DNA of 64,000 nt, from contig OY970254.1 in assembly GCA_963715585.1 (NCBI GenBank), positions 4,039,227 to 4,103,226 on the forward strand, written 5' to 3'. Below the pieces are notes generated by a model that did not search any database, was not told where the DNA came from, and was given only the letters and a program-made list of their open reading frames with translations. This DNA is from an uncultured Chitinophagaceae bacterium. GTDB lineage: Bacteria > Bacteroidota > Bacteroidia > Chitinophagales > Chitinophagaceae. A program made the position numbers and the translations under genes. This document shows, one piece after another, positions 46,643 through 55,024 of the stretch (its first letter is position 1; every line of letters begins with the position of its first letter).

Positions 46643-47368
46643 ATGAAAACGATCATGTTAATTGCTTTGAGTGTTTTTTCTTTTTCGGCCATGGCCCAGG
46701 AAAAAACCAACAACAAAGCCAAATGGGGAAAAATGAAATCAATGAAGCCGATAATGACCCATGGTATTGGCGTAAGCTTCCAGAATTTTGATGCACTGAA
46801 TCATCGCATTGCCGGTTTTCCGCAATATGATGGCTTAAACAACCGTATGTGGACCCTCACTGCAGGTTCTATGCACGTAATGAACAACTTCGTATCGCAG
46901 ATGAGCGTTACCGGCGGCAGCAGCTTAACCGGCAACCCCAATGAAAAAAGCAGCACACTGCGTACCATTGGTGGCGGTATAGATTTGGGTTATGATGTTA
47001 TTCCTTCCGAAACTGTTATGTTATATCCGTTGGTAGGACTTGGTGGCGAAACCTTTCATGCCATTTACTACAGAGATGTAAATGCAGTAGAGTTTGATGC
47101 AGTAGCCAATTCAGCCACGCTGCAAAACAGCATACGCAAAACAAAGTTTGTAAACTCTGCCTTTACGTATCGCCTGGGACTTGGCTTTGCAGTTAAGTCG
47201 CCAAAAGATCATGGCACTATTGGTATACAGGCCGGTTATGTATCGGGCTTTCATGATGAAAAATGGAAGAGTGCCGAATACCAGAACCTGAGCAATGCGC
47301 CACACGATATCATAAAGCGTTTTTCTGTTTCGCTGATCTTTACCGGTGGTAAGATGATGGGCATGTAA
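46643..47368 (+). CDS. Hypothetical outer-membrane beta-barrel protein
   Basis: 241 aa. Signal peptide and alternating-hydrophobic strand pattern. Confidence 0.5.
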   Translation: MKTIMLIALSVFSFSAMAQEKTNNKAKWGKMKSMKPIMTHGIGVSFQNFDALNHRIAGFPQYDGLNNRMWTLTAGSMHVMNNFVSQMSVTGGSSLTGNPNEKSSTLRTIGGGIDLGYDVIPSETVMLYPLVGLGGETFHAIYYRDVNAVEFDAVANSATLQNSIRKTKFVNSAFTYRLGLGFAVKSPKDHGTIGIQAGYVSGFHDEKWKSAEYQNLSNAPHDIIKRFSVSLIFTGGKMMGM

Positions 47369-47390
47369 ACTACAAAGAATAATATTTATG

Positions 47391-47424
47391 AAAGGTATGG
47401 GGGTTTCCTCATACCTTTTGTTTT
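47391..47424 (+). terminator. Intrinsic terminator
   Basis: AAAGGTATG...CATACCTTT stem followed by TGTTTT. Confidence 0.7.
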
Positions 47425-47465
47425 AAAGATTATTCTTCCTTTTTTATCTGTAAGAATAAAAAAAA

Positions 47466-48424
47466 TTAATCAATAGCAGTAAAAGAAATAATAGTAGCCT
47501 CTTTCTTTATTGTCACTTTTTTGCTTGCCCAAAAAAGTAACCAAAAAAGGGCACCCGAATCCGATTACACCCCGGATTCGGGACCGTTCCCTGATTTAGC
47601 TTTTGTACTACTGTAGCTTCAACATTTGTAATTCTACTCTTAGGTTCAGTCCACTAACAGAAAATAAAACCAGTTTTTAATTTAATGGATATCCACAACA
47701 GATTTTTAATGATCTGAATGCGACCATGGTATTTTTCGATTTTGCAGTTACATAAAATGCCAACTTCCTCTCTGGTAATAATTGAGATGAATAAATTTCT
47801 ACACGCTACTGAAAAAAGGTATTTAATTTCTGCTGATTTACTATGCAGCATACTGGTCCCGTGGCGCTGGCCCGGCAAAACGGCGGAGCATTCGTTTTGC
47901 CTTGATTTTTTTTGTTTCTTTTTTTTATCAAGAAAAAAAAGAAAAGAATAATCAATGGCAGTAAAAGAAATAAAAGCAGCATGAATTATTATTTTTCTTT
48001 TTTGCTTCTCCAAAAAAGAACCAAAAAAGGAGCCCCACAATCGATTACATCCCGATTGTGGGATTGTTCCCTGATTAAGCTTTTGTACTACAGTGGCTTC
48101 GGCATTGGTAATTCTACTCTTGGGTGCAGTCAGCTTAATTTAATAAAAGCAGTTTATAATTTAATGGATACCCACACTGGATTTTTAATGATATGACTGC
48201 GACCATGGTATTTTTCGATTTTGCAGCTACATAACATTGAACTGCCACACTAATGATCATTGAGATGATTACTTTTTAAAAAACTATTGAAATACGGTAT
48301 AGCCTGTGAAATGATTTTTTAGAAGCATACTGGTCCAGTGGCGCTGGCCCGGCAAAACGGGCGGAGCCATTCGTGTTTGCCTTGATCTTTTTTGGTTCTT
48401 TTTTGTATCAAGACAAAAAAGAAC
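47466..48424 (+). repeat. Tandem duplication (2 units of ~480 bp) of a structured non-coding element (family F4)
   Basis: Landmarks recur 477-482 bp apart (AATCAATRGCAGTAAAAGAAATA 47468/47950; TTTTGTACTA 47601/48081; TTTAATGGAT 47681/48160; TACTGGTCC 47851/48328). Confidence 0.85.
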
Positions 48425-48488
48425 ATATAGACTAACGAGTGTTTAGTTTATAAAGCAGTATACAAATTTTATTGAACAAAAAACTTCT

Positions 48489-50039
48489 TTACAGATCAAA
48501 CCACGCCTCAATCATTTCACCAACCTTATCTGCCTGTCCATTAAAAGTATATTCATTCGTTTCGGGATCGTATGTATAATCCTGCTGCCAGGTTTTAAAC
48601 TGCGCAGCAGTGGCTTCAATGGCATCTAAAATAAAAACGATCTCGGCATCGGTCATTACAGGATGCACGGAAAGTCTTACCCAGCCGGGTTTGCATGACA
48701 GGTTGCCCGAATGGATGGATTCCAGTACCTCGTAAGAGCGTATCTCATCTACATGCAGCAACATATGACCATAGGTACCTGCACAGGCACACCCGCCACG
48801 GGTTTGTATACCGAAGCGGTCGTTCAGCAATTTTACGATCAGGTTATAATGGGCGCCTTGCACAATGAACGATACCACACCCAGGCGGTCCTTTTTATCC
48901 GCTTCCAGTATCTCTATATTTTTGATTGTTGATAAGCGCTCAAAGATCAGGTGCAGCATTTCTTCTTCCCGTTGCAGCATATTCACTACACCCATTTTTT
49001 CCTTCAGCCTGATGCACAACGCAGTTTTAATGCCCTGTAAAAAAGGAGGTGTACCGCCATCTTCCCGGTGTTCAATATCGGTGATGTATTCATGCACTTT
49101 CCAGGGGTTGGTGTACACCACGGTGCCGCCCCCCGGCTGATCGGGGATAACATTGTGATACATTTTTTTATTAAAGATGAGCACCCCTGCCGTACCCGGA
49201 CCACCCAGGAATTTATGGGGCGAAAAATAAACCGCATCCAGGTGACTGTTATCTGCTGCCGGGTGCATATCAATATTTATATAGGGCGCCGAACAGGCAA
49301 AGTCAACAAAACAAAGTCCGCCATATTCATGTATCACTTTGGCTACCTGGTGATAGGGTGTTTGTATGCCGGTAACATTGCTGCAGCCGGTAATGGCTGC
49401 TATCTTGTTCTTTTTATGTTTATATTTTTCCAGTAGGTTCCTGAAACAGTCCATGTCTATATTGCCGTGCTCATCCGAAGGAATGATCTCTACGGCAGCA
49501 ATGGTTTCCAGCCAGGTGGTCTGGTTGGAGTGGTGTTCCATATGTGTTACAAAAACAATGGGCTTCAGGTCATCATCCAGCTGCAGGTAATCGGTAAAAA
49601 TATTATGTATATAAATGGCATCTGTTTTTTCAATATCGGGCAGTTTGTCTTTTTGTACATAATCCATGATCCTTTCAGGCAGGCGCAGCCCCAGTATGCG
49701 TTGCAATTTATTTACAGCACCCGTCATACCGCTTCCGCAAAAGATCAGCACATCCTGCTCATTGGCATGCACATGTTCTTTTACAATAAGTTTGGCCTCT
49801 TCGTAGGCACGGGTCATGAGCGTTCCGGTGATGGTGGTTTCGGTATGGGTATTGGCCAGGAAGGGCATGATCTGCTGCTGCATACGTTCTTCGATAGGTG
49901 CATAGCAGCGCCCGCTGGCGGTCCAGTCGGCATACAGCACCCGCTTTTTTCCAAAAGGCGAATCAAATTGCTGGTTGTACCCTACGATGTTGTTACGGAA
50001 GGGTTCAAAATATTTTTCCAATGTAATGTTTCCGGTCAT
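48489..50039 (-). CDS. Class V aminotransferase-fold PLP enzyme (cysteine desulfurase/lyase-like)
   Basis: 516 aa. SPHKFLGGPG PLP-lysine motif. Confidence 0.8.
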   Translation of the reverse strand: MTGNITLEKYFEPFRNNIVGYNQQFDSPFGKKRVLYADWTASGRCYAPIEERMQQQIMPFLANTHTETTITGTLMTRAYEEAKLIVKEHVHANEQDVLIFCGSGMTGAVNKLQRILGLRLPERIMDYVQKDKLPDIEKTDAIYIHNIFTDYLQLDDDLKPIVFVTHMEHHSNQTTWLETIAAVEIIPSDEHGNIDMDCFRNLLEKYKHKKNKIAAITGCSNVTGIQTPYHQVAKVIHEYGGLCFVDFACSAPYINIDMHPAADNSHLDAVYFSPHKFLGGPGTAGVLIFNKKMYHNVIPDQPGGGTVVYTNPWKVHEYITDIEHREDGGTPPFLQGIKTALCIRLKEKMGVVNMLQREEEMLHLIFERLSTIKNIEILEADKKDRLGVVSFIVQGAHYNLIVKLLNDRFGIQTRGGCACAGTYGHMLLHVDEIRSYEVLESIHSGNLSCKPGWVRLSVHPVMTDAEIVFILDAIEATAAQFKTWQQDYTYDPETNEYTFNGQADKVGEMIEAWFDL

Positions 50040-50118
50040 ATAGCTACAGGTTAGATAAAGAAAATAACAAAGTCAACTTCATTGTTGAACCTGCCTGGTA
50101 CAGGCAGTTTATATTCCC

Positions 50119-50420
50119 GGGCGCAGTCAGCATAATTTAATAAAAGAACCCTTTAGTTTAATGGATACCCTACTTGATTTTTAATCACCTGGCTGCGACC
50201 ACGGTATTTTTCCATTTTGATCTTGTCAAAGCATTCAACTGCCACACTAATGATGATTGAACTGGTTACTATTTTAAAGAACTATTGAAACAAGGTATTG
50301 CCTGTGAAATGATTTTTCAGAAGCATGCTGGTCCCGTGGCGCTGGCCCGGCAAAACAGCCGGAGGCTTTGTGTTTGCCTTGATTTTTTTTGCTGCTTTTT
50401 GTATCAAGACAAAAAAGTAG
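50119..50420 (+). repeat. Third, partial copy (3' ~300 bp) of the F4 element
   Basis: Aligns to 48122-48424 at roughly 80 percent identity by hand alignment. Same orientation. Confidence 0.8.
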
Positions 50421-50490
50421 CAACACATGTAAGCTGCTACTGTTTATTGCATAGCCAACTAAAAAAATTACCCATTCATAAAACAAGTAT

Positions 50491-51021
50491 CTACTGCTCC
50501 TTCTTCCCCCACTCCAGCTCATAACTGATACCCACCAGCAAAAACTGCTGGTTCATTTTTCCCCAGGTAAACATATACTCAATATGCGGAGCCCATTTAC
50601 CCAATTGAAAAACCGCCCCTGCCCCTGCATTAAAAGACCAGAATCGTTCATACACCGTTTCATCCGACGCAATAATATATTCCTTCTCGCTGGTATGGCT
50701 GATACCGGTGAGGGGGTAAAGCCGCACTATTTTACCCAGGGGCAGCAGGTAATGAAAGTTCAGGTCAAAATCCCAGGCGCTTAGTTCTACAGCTTCTTCG
50801 TGCTTTATATGTTTGCTGGCAAAGAAGCGGTTCATTTCTATACCACCAATCAGGTGCTCATTAAAATGATAAAAGGCACTTACATTAAGCCCGTTGAGCT
50901 GTGCGGTAGTATTGCGTATGGCGGCCAGGTCAATGCTGGCGGTATGTTGTGCAACGGCAAATATGGACGGCAGCAACAGGCAGGCAATTAAAAGCCCTTG
51001 CAATAGTTTTGGTTTTTTCAT
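50491..51021 (-). CDS. Small outer-membrane beta-barrel (porin-family) protein
   Basis: Signal peptide ending AVAQ. C-terminal aromatic-rich strands. ATG at 51021 preferred. Confidence 0.6.
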   Translation of the reverse strand: MKKPKLLQGLLIACLLLPSIFAVAQHTASIDLAAIRNTTAQLNGLNVSAFYHFNEHLIGGIEMNRFFASKHIKHEEAVELSAWDFDLNFHYLLPLGKIVRLYPLTGISHTSEKEYIIASDETVYERFWSFNAGAGAVFQLGKWAPHIEYMFTWGKMNQQFLLVGISYELEWGKKEQ

Positions 51022-51132
51022 GCTACAAAGCAAGACGCTAAGCGGCTTACCATAAATGAGGCGGGTGGGTTTGTATGGTGATTATGGTCAGGTATTGGAG
51101 AAATGAGGCAGGTATTATATTATTCAGTTGCT

Positions 51133-51468
51133 TTATAGTGGCACCTGTTTAAGCATTTCATAATTATAAGGAAGGTTTTCCTTTATCGTTTTCCATAAAA
51201 TTTCATATTCAATACCAAAATAATGGTGAGAGAGCAGGTTTCTGAAATCAGTCATCAGCTGCCATTCAATAAGGGGATATGCCAATTTAATATCAGTAGA
51301 AATTATTTTAGATGCTTCTCCAATAATTTCAAAAGCCCTTACTACTGCATATACTTTCATTTTATCTTTTACAAATTCCCCGTAAGAATCTGAACCAACA
51401 AATTGAAAAATCATTTCTGCATTTTCAATGATATCCTGCAGCAGCAATTTCATTTCTCTTTTAGGCAT
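51133..51468 (-). CDS. hepT: HEPN-domain (DUF86) toxin HepT
   Basis: 111 aa. Rx4H motif RNLLSHH. Overlaps mntA by 8 nt. Confidence 0.85.
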   Translation of the reverse strand: MPKREMKLLLQDIIENAEMIFQFVGSDSYGEFVKDKMKVYAVVRAFEIIGEASKIISTDIKLAYPLIEWQLMTDFRNLLSHHYFGIEYEILWKTIKENLPYNYEMLKQVPL

Positions 51469-51757
51469 ATAACAGATCGGGTTCTACATATTTAAAATAT
51501 TGCGGCCTGATAGCACCCCGGCTAACCACCTGTACTACTATACCCGGAAATGCTTCTTCCAGGCTATGATAAATATTGCTGTAATTTCTAAAATCCGGAG
51601 TCGACATTTTTACCATAATATCAATATCGCTTTGCGCTGTTTGTTCATCACGGGCATAGCTACCAAATAATGCCAGTTCGGTAAGGTTATACTTCTCCTG
51701 CAGGTGCGGTTTTACCACCCGTAGTTTTTGTAATATTATTTCCTTGTTTAACTGCAT
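51461..51757 (-). CDS. mntA: Minimal nucleotidyltransferase antitoxin MntA
   Basis: 98 aa. LFGSYARDE...DIDIMV (GSx10DxD) motif. Confidence 0.85.
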   Translation of the reverse strand: MQLNKEIILQKLRVVKPHLQEKYNLTELALFGSYARDEQTAQSDIDIMVKMSTPDFRNYSNIYHSLEEAFPGIVVQVVSRGAIRPQYFKYVEPDLLYA

Positions 51758-51771
51758 AAAACCTGTTTACA

Positions 51772-51779
51772 CAAAAATA
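51772..51779 (-). promoter_or_regulatory. -7 promoter box (TATTTTTG on the minus strand) for mntA-hepT
   Basis: CAAAAATA on the plus strand, 14 nt upstream of the mntA start. Confidence 0.4.
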
Positions 51780-51880
51780 GTATAATTTTTTCTGTAGAAA
51801 CCAGCCTCAGAAAGCTCCGGTAAAAAGAGTTTAAAGGTTTAAAGCAAAACAGCAGGCGGCTTGCCATAAAAATACCCATT

Positions 51881-52019
51881 ATGGTTATCCAATGGTAAAA
51901 TATTGCCCCATGGTGTTGTAATGGCTTTGGCATGGCTTCACCATGGCGTCACTATGGCTTCACCATAAGGTTAGAGCGAAGGATGCATGGAGTTACTATG
52001 GCTTAACCATGGCTTTGCC
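51881..52019. repeat. 11-bp phased ATGG tandem array (about 12 units, consensus ATGGCTTCACC)
   Basis: ATGG starts at 51881, 51892, 51910, 51921, 51932, 51943, 51954, (51965 degenerate), 51987, 51998 and 52009. Confidence 0.75.
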
Positions 52020-52054
52020 TTAACTTTAGTACAGCTAAACTATGTATTTACTAT

Positions 52055-52351
52055 ATGAAGACCAGCAGTTTTTTATTGCGCCAGCTACAGGGGCAAATTG
52101 GTAAAAAGATAGTGGTAAAGCACTATGGCAAAAAAGTAGTGATTACCAGGGCACCCGATATGAGCAACATAAAACCCAGCCCCCTGCAAAAAGTACAGCG
52201 CAGCCGCTTTGCCGAAGCGGTGGCTTATGCAAAGCATATTAATAATACGCCGGAGTTAAAAGCATTGTATGTAAAAAAAGCCCGCAAAAGTAAAACGGTG
52301 TACCAATATGTACTGAAGGAGTATTTGAAGCATGGCGGGCCGCCGAAGTAG
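52055..52351 (+). CDS. Hypothetical basic protein
   Basis: 98-aa ORF with no recognisable motif. Confidence 0.35.
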   Translation: MKTSSFLLRQLQGQIGKKIVVKHYGKKVVITRAPDMSNIKPSPLQKVQRSRFAEAVAYAKHINNTPELKALYVKKARKSKTVYQYVLKEYLKHGGPPK

Positions 52352-52381
52352 TTTTAAAAAGCGATTTGCAGAAAATAAAAT

Positions 52382-52492
52382 ATGGCCGACGCACATACCA
52401 AAAAGCAACGCAGCTATAATATGAGCTGCATTAAAGGCAAAGACACAAAGCCTGAAATGCTGGTACGTATATTTTTGCATGCAAATGGATAA
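52382..52492 (+). pseudogene. vsr: Truncated very-short-patch repair endonuclease (N-terminal ~36 codons only)
   Basis: Hand translation gives MADAHTKKQRSYNMSCIKGKDTKPEMLVRIFLHANG*, which matches the Vsr N-terminus pattern (MADxH.K..RS.NM..I...DT..E). Full-length Vsr is about 150 aa. Confidence 0.6.
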
Positions 52493-52522
52493 TACCTTAT
52501 ATCCTATTTATGATTTTCTTTT

Positions 52523-54499
52523 TTAGACTAATTCCAATCCTAAACTCTTTAAATATTCAAAGGTGCTATCATAGTATTCCGGATTTCTTGTAGCATCTTC
52601 TATATCTCCTTCTGGTATTACAATTATCATCCCTTGCCTAGCTCGAGTCAATAGAACCCTATATGCATTTAAAAGGTATCGTTTTCTCTCTTCCTTATGT
52701 ATGTTCTGCCACTTAGTTCCTACAAAAGAGAAAGATTTCCAACCTGTATCACTAAACCTTAAATCTCCATCCCAGGTAACACAAGCCCAATCTAATTCTA
52801 ATCCTTGTACTTGAAATTCTGTAGCAACATCTTCTAAATAATAAGAAGATCGGATGTCATCTTTTCCATCTAAAAACCAATTAACCGGATTCATTGGAGA
52901 CTTAACATCAATAGCTAATGGTTTCAATCTTTGCGCTTGTGAGGATACAACTATTCCATAGCGTTCAGTTCCTCTTGATTTTTCTTTCAACCATTTTTTT
53001 GCTTTAGTCAAGTCTCTTGTTAATATAATTGGATAATTTTTATTTATAAGACTATATGTATTTTGGGCAGCCCCTTTATTTAAATCTAATAGCTGTTTAA
53101 TAAAAAGTGAAACACTTTCAGCTCTATAAGATCGCATTGAAACAGCCAAATGTAAATCAGCATCAAACTTTGTAATTCGATTATTTTTAATTTTTTCGAT
53201 AGCTTCAACTGCCAAATATTCACTATCAGTTAAATTGGGAGAAATTGCAACCTCCCAATTAGGAAATTTATCCAGAATAGCATTTAACCATTCTGAAATA
53301 CCGGCCTCACCAGTATTTATTTCTTGTCCTCCACCAACTAAGCAAACCATAACTGCCCAATCTTGATGTCTATCCAAACAAGAAATTAAATATTCGGGTT
53401 CGGATTCATCAAAATCTGGTTGGTTCTTTTTAGTCCGCATAAATTTTACGGTTTGCTCTTTATCCCACACTCTTTGTGCTTCATCAAAAATGGCCACATG
53501 GTCGTATGGCGCCTTAGGGTCAATGAGATAAGCATCTCTGTAATGATGTATAATTTGTATAAATGCTTTTACTGCTTCTCTTGCTTTTCCTTTTGTCAAT
53601 TTATTACCTATTTCCTTTTCTCTTTTAACTTTGTCTCTGGTTAATGCTTCTTGCAATATGGCTACCAATGGAGCATTGCCCGACAAAAAAACACTTGTAT
53701 TCCCTTTATCTTTATCTAAATGCGATGCCGCAACTTTTAATCCCACCAAAGTTTTACCTGCGCCAGGCACCCCTGTTACAAAACAAATAACCTTTTTTTC
53801 TTCTTGCTTTGCATATTCAATAATTTCAGAAATAGAATTTGTCGTTAAGGTTAAATTAGTTGCGTCTGCATCATTTCTTGTTATCGCATCAACACTATGA
53901 CTATTGAAAAGATTTACCGCAGCTTCAATTATGGTTGGCGTGGGGGAGTAACTTCCTTTTGCATATTCTGCCTGATCCAATTTAATTTTATCAGAAAACC
54001 ATTCTAATGCTTTACTAATAACTTCTTTTATTCCATACTTATTTGTCTTTAATGGTAGAATTAAATTGTCATCGTGTGAGGTAGTAATAATATTGAAAAA
54101 TGAATCTTCAGCTTCAGTAGCCACTAATATTGGTACAATAACAGCAGAATGACTTGGCTGATGAAAATTCTTTAAATCAAGTGCATAATCCCAAACCTGA
54201 TCTACATTATAACTTAGGTATTCAGTTTCTCCAACCTTAAATTCAATAACAAAAACTACATTTTCTATAATCAATATGCAATCTACCCTCTTACCCATTC
54301 TTGGTATAGAAAATTCGAAAAACAAGGTGCCTTCAAAAGCTTTTAATGCAGTTTTTAAAATATAAATCTGCTGTTCCCAAGATTTATTTTGAGTATATGT
54401 TGAATCAAAGTTGTTTGAAAGCGTAATTGAGCCAATGATGTCTTCCGTAGTTTTATTTAGAAACTTATCAAGTGAATCACTGTAATAGTAATTGAGCAT
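52523..54499 (-). CDS. DUF2075-type protein with N-terminal PD-(D/E)xK-like nuclease module and SF1 helicase-like ATPase
   Basis: 658 aa. RVDCILI...VIEFKVGE, Walker A GVPGAGKT, Walker B AIFDEAQRVW, GGGQEIN, QGLELDW, and C-terminal VLLTRARQG. Confidence 0.85.
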   Translation of the reverse strand: MLNYYYSDSLDKFLNKTTEDIIGSITLSNNFDSTYTQNKSWEQQIYILKTALKAFEGTLFFEFSIPRMGKRVDCILIIENVVFVIEFKVGETEYLSYNVDQVWDYALDLKNFHQPSHSAVIVPILVATEAEDSFFNIITTSHDDNLILPLKTNKYGIKEVISKALEWFSDKIKLDQAEYAKGSYSPTPTIIEAAVNLFNSHSVDAITRNDADATNLTLTTNSISEIIEYAKQEEKKVICFVTGVPGAGKTLVGLKVAASHLDKDKGNTSVFLSGNAPLVAILQEALTRDKVKREKEIGNKLTKGKAREAVKAFIQIIHHYRDAYLIDPKAPYDHVAIFDEAQRVWDKEQTVKFMRTKKNQPDFDESEPEYLISCLDRHQDWAVMVCLVGGGQEINTGEAGISEWLNAILDKFPNWEVAISPNLTDSEYLAVEAIEKIKNNRITKFDADLHLAVSMRSYRAESVSLFIKQLLDLNKGAAQNTYSLINKNYPIILTRDLTKAKKWLKEKSRGTERYGIVVSSQAQRLKPLAIDVKSPMNPVNWFLDGKDDIRSSYYLEDVATEFQVQGLELDWACVTWDGDLRFSDTGWKSFSFVGTKWQNIHKEERKRYLLNAYRVLLTRARQGMIIVIPEGDIEDATRNPEYYDSTFEYLKSLGLELV

Positions 54500-54655
54500 A
54501 CTGGGTTATTTACTTACAATATAAATTAAACCTATCAAAGACAAGAAATCATTCAGAAGTCTACATATAGCTGCTGCCTCTCCTTGCCACTTCTTTTTCT
54601 ACTACACCTCCTTTTCAATATCTTCATAAAGCAATTGATAAACCCAATCAAACAC

Positions 54656-55024
54656 ATGAACCTCCTCGGCAACCTCATCTGGCTCATCTTCGGTGGCTTT
54701 TTTGCAGCCCTGGGTTATTTTTTTGGTGGCATCATGCTATGTGTATCTGTAGTGGGCATACCCTGGGGCCTGCAGTGTTTTAAACTGGCCGGGCTGGTAT
54801 TGTTTCCGTTTGGCAGGCAGGTGGTAAGCAATGCGGCAGGTACAGGTTGCCTGTCATTGCTGTGCAATATTATATGGCTGCTTTGCGGCGGGCTGTATAC
54901 GGCGCTGGTACATGTGGTATTTGGCCTGCTGCTTACCATCACCATCATTGGTATTCCCTTTGCAAGGCAGCATTTTAAACTGGTAGAGGTTTCGATGATG
55001 CCTTTTGGAAAGACAATACTGTAA
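54656..55024 (+). CDS. yccF: YccF-family inner-membrane protein
   Basis: NLIWLIFGG...VGIPWG...repeated NIIWLLCGG...IGIPFA duplication. ATG at 54656 preferred. Confidence 0.8.
   Translation: MNLLGNLIWLIFGGFFAALGYFFGGIMLCVSVVGIPWGLQCFKLAGLVLFPFGRQVVSNAAGTGCLSLLCNIIWLLCGGLYTALVHVVFGLLLTITIIGIPFARQHFKLVEVSMMPFGKTIL

Noticed and set aside
47654-48196. ORFs of 128, 77 and 94 aa inside the F4 tandem repeat
   Set aside because: Their translations are low-complexity (K/F/I-rich, from poly-A/T hairpins). They are not conserved in frame between the two repeat units, and they lie on different strands.
47466-48424. Possibility that the tandem repeats (here or at 51881-52019 / 55150-55345) are a CRISPR array
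   Set aside because: The units are contiguous with no unique spacers. The periods (480, 11 and 84 bp) do not fit repeat-spacer architecture, and no cas genes are present.
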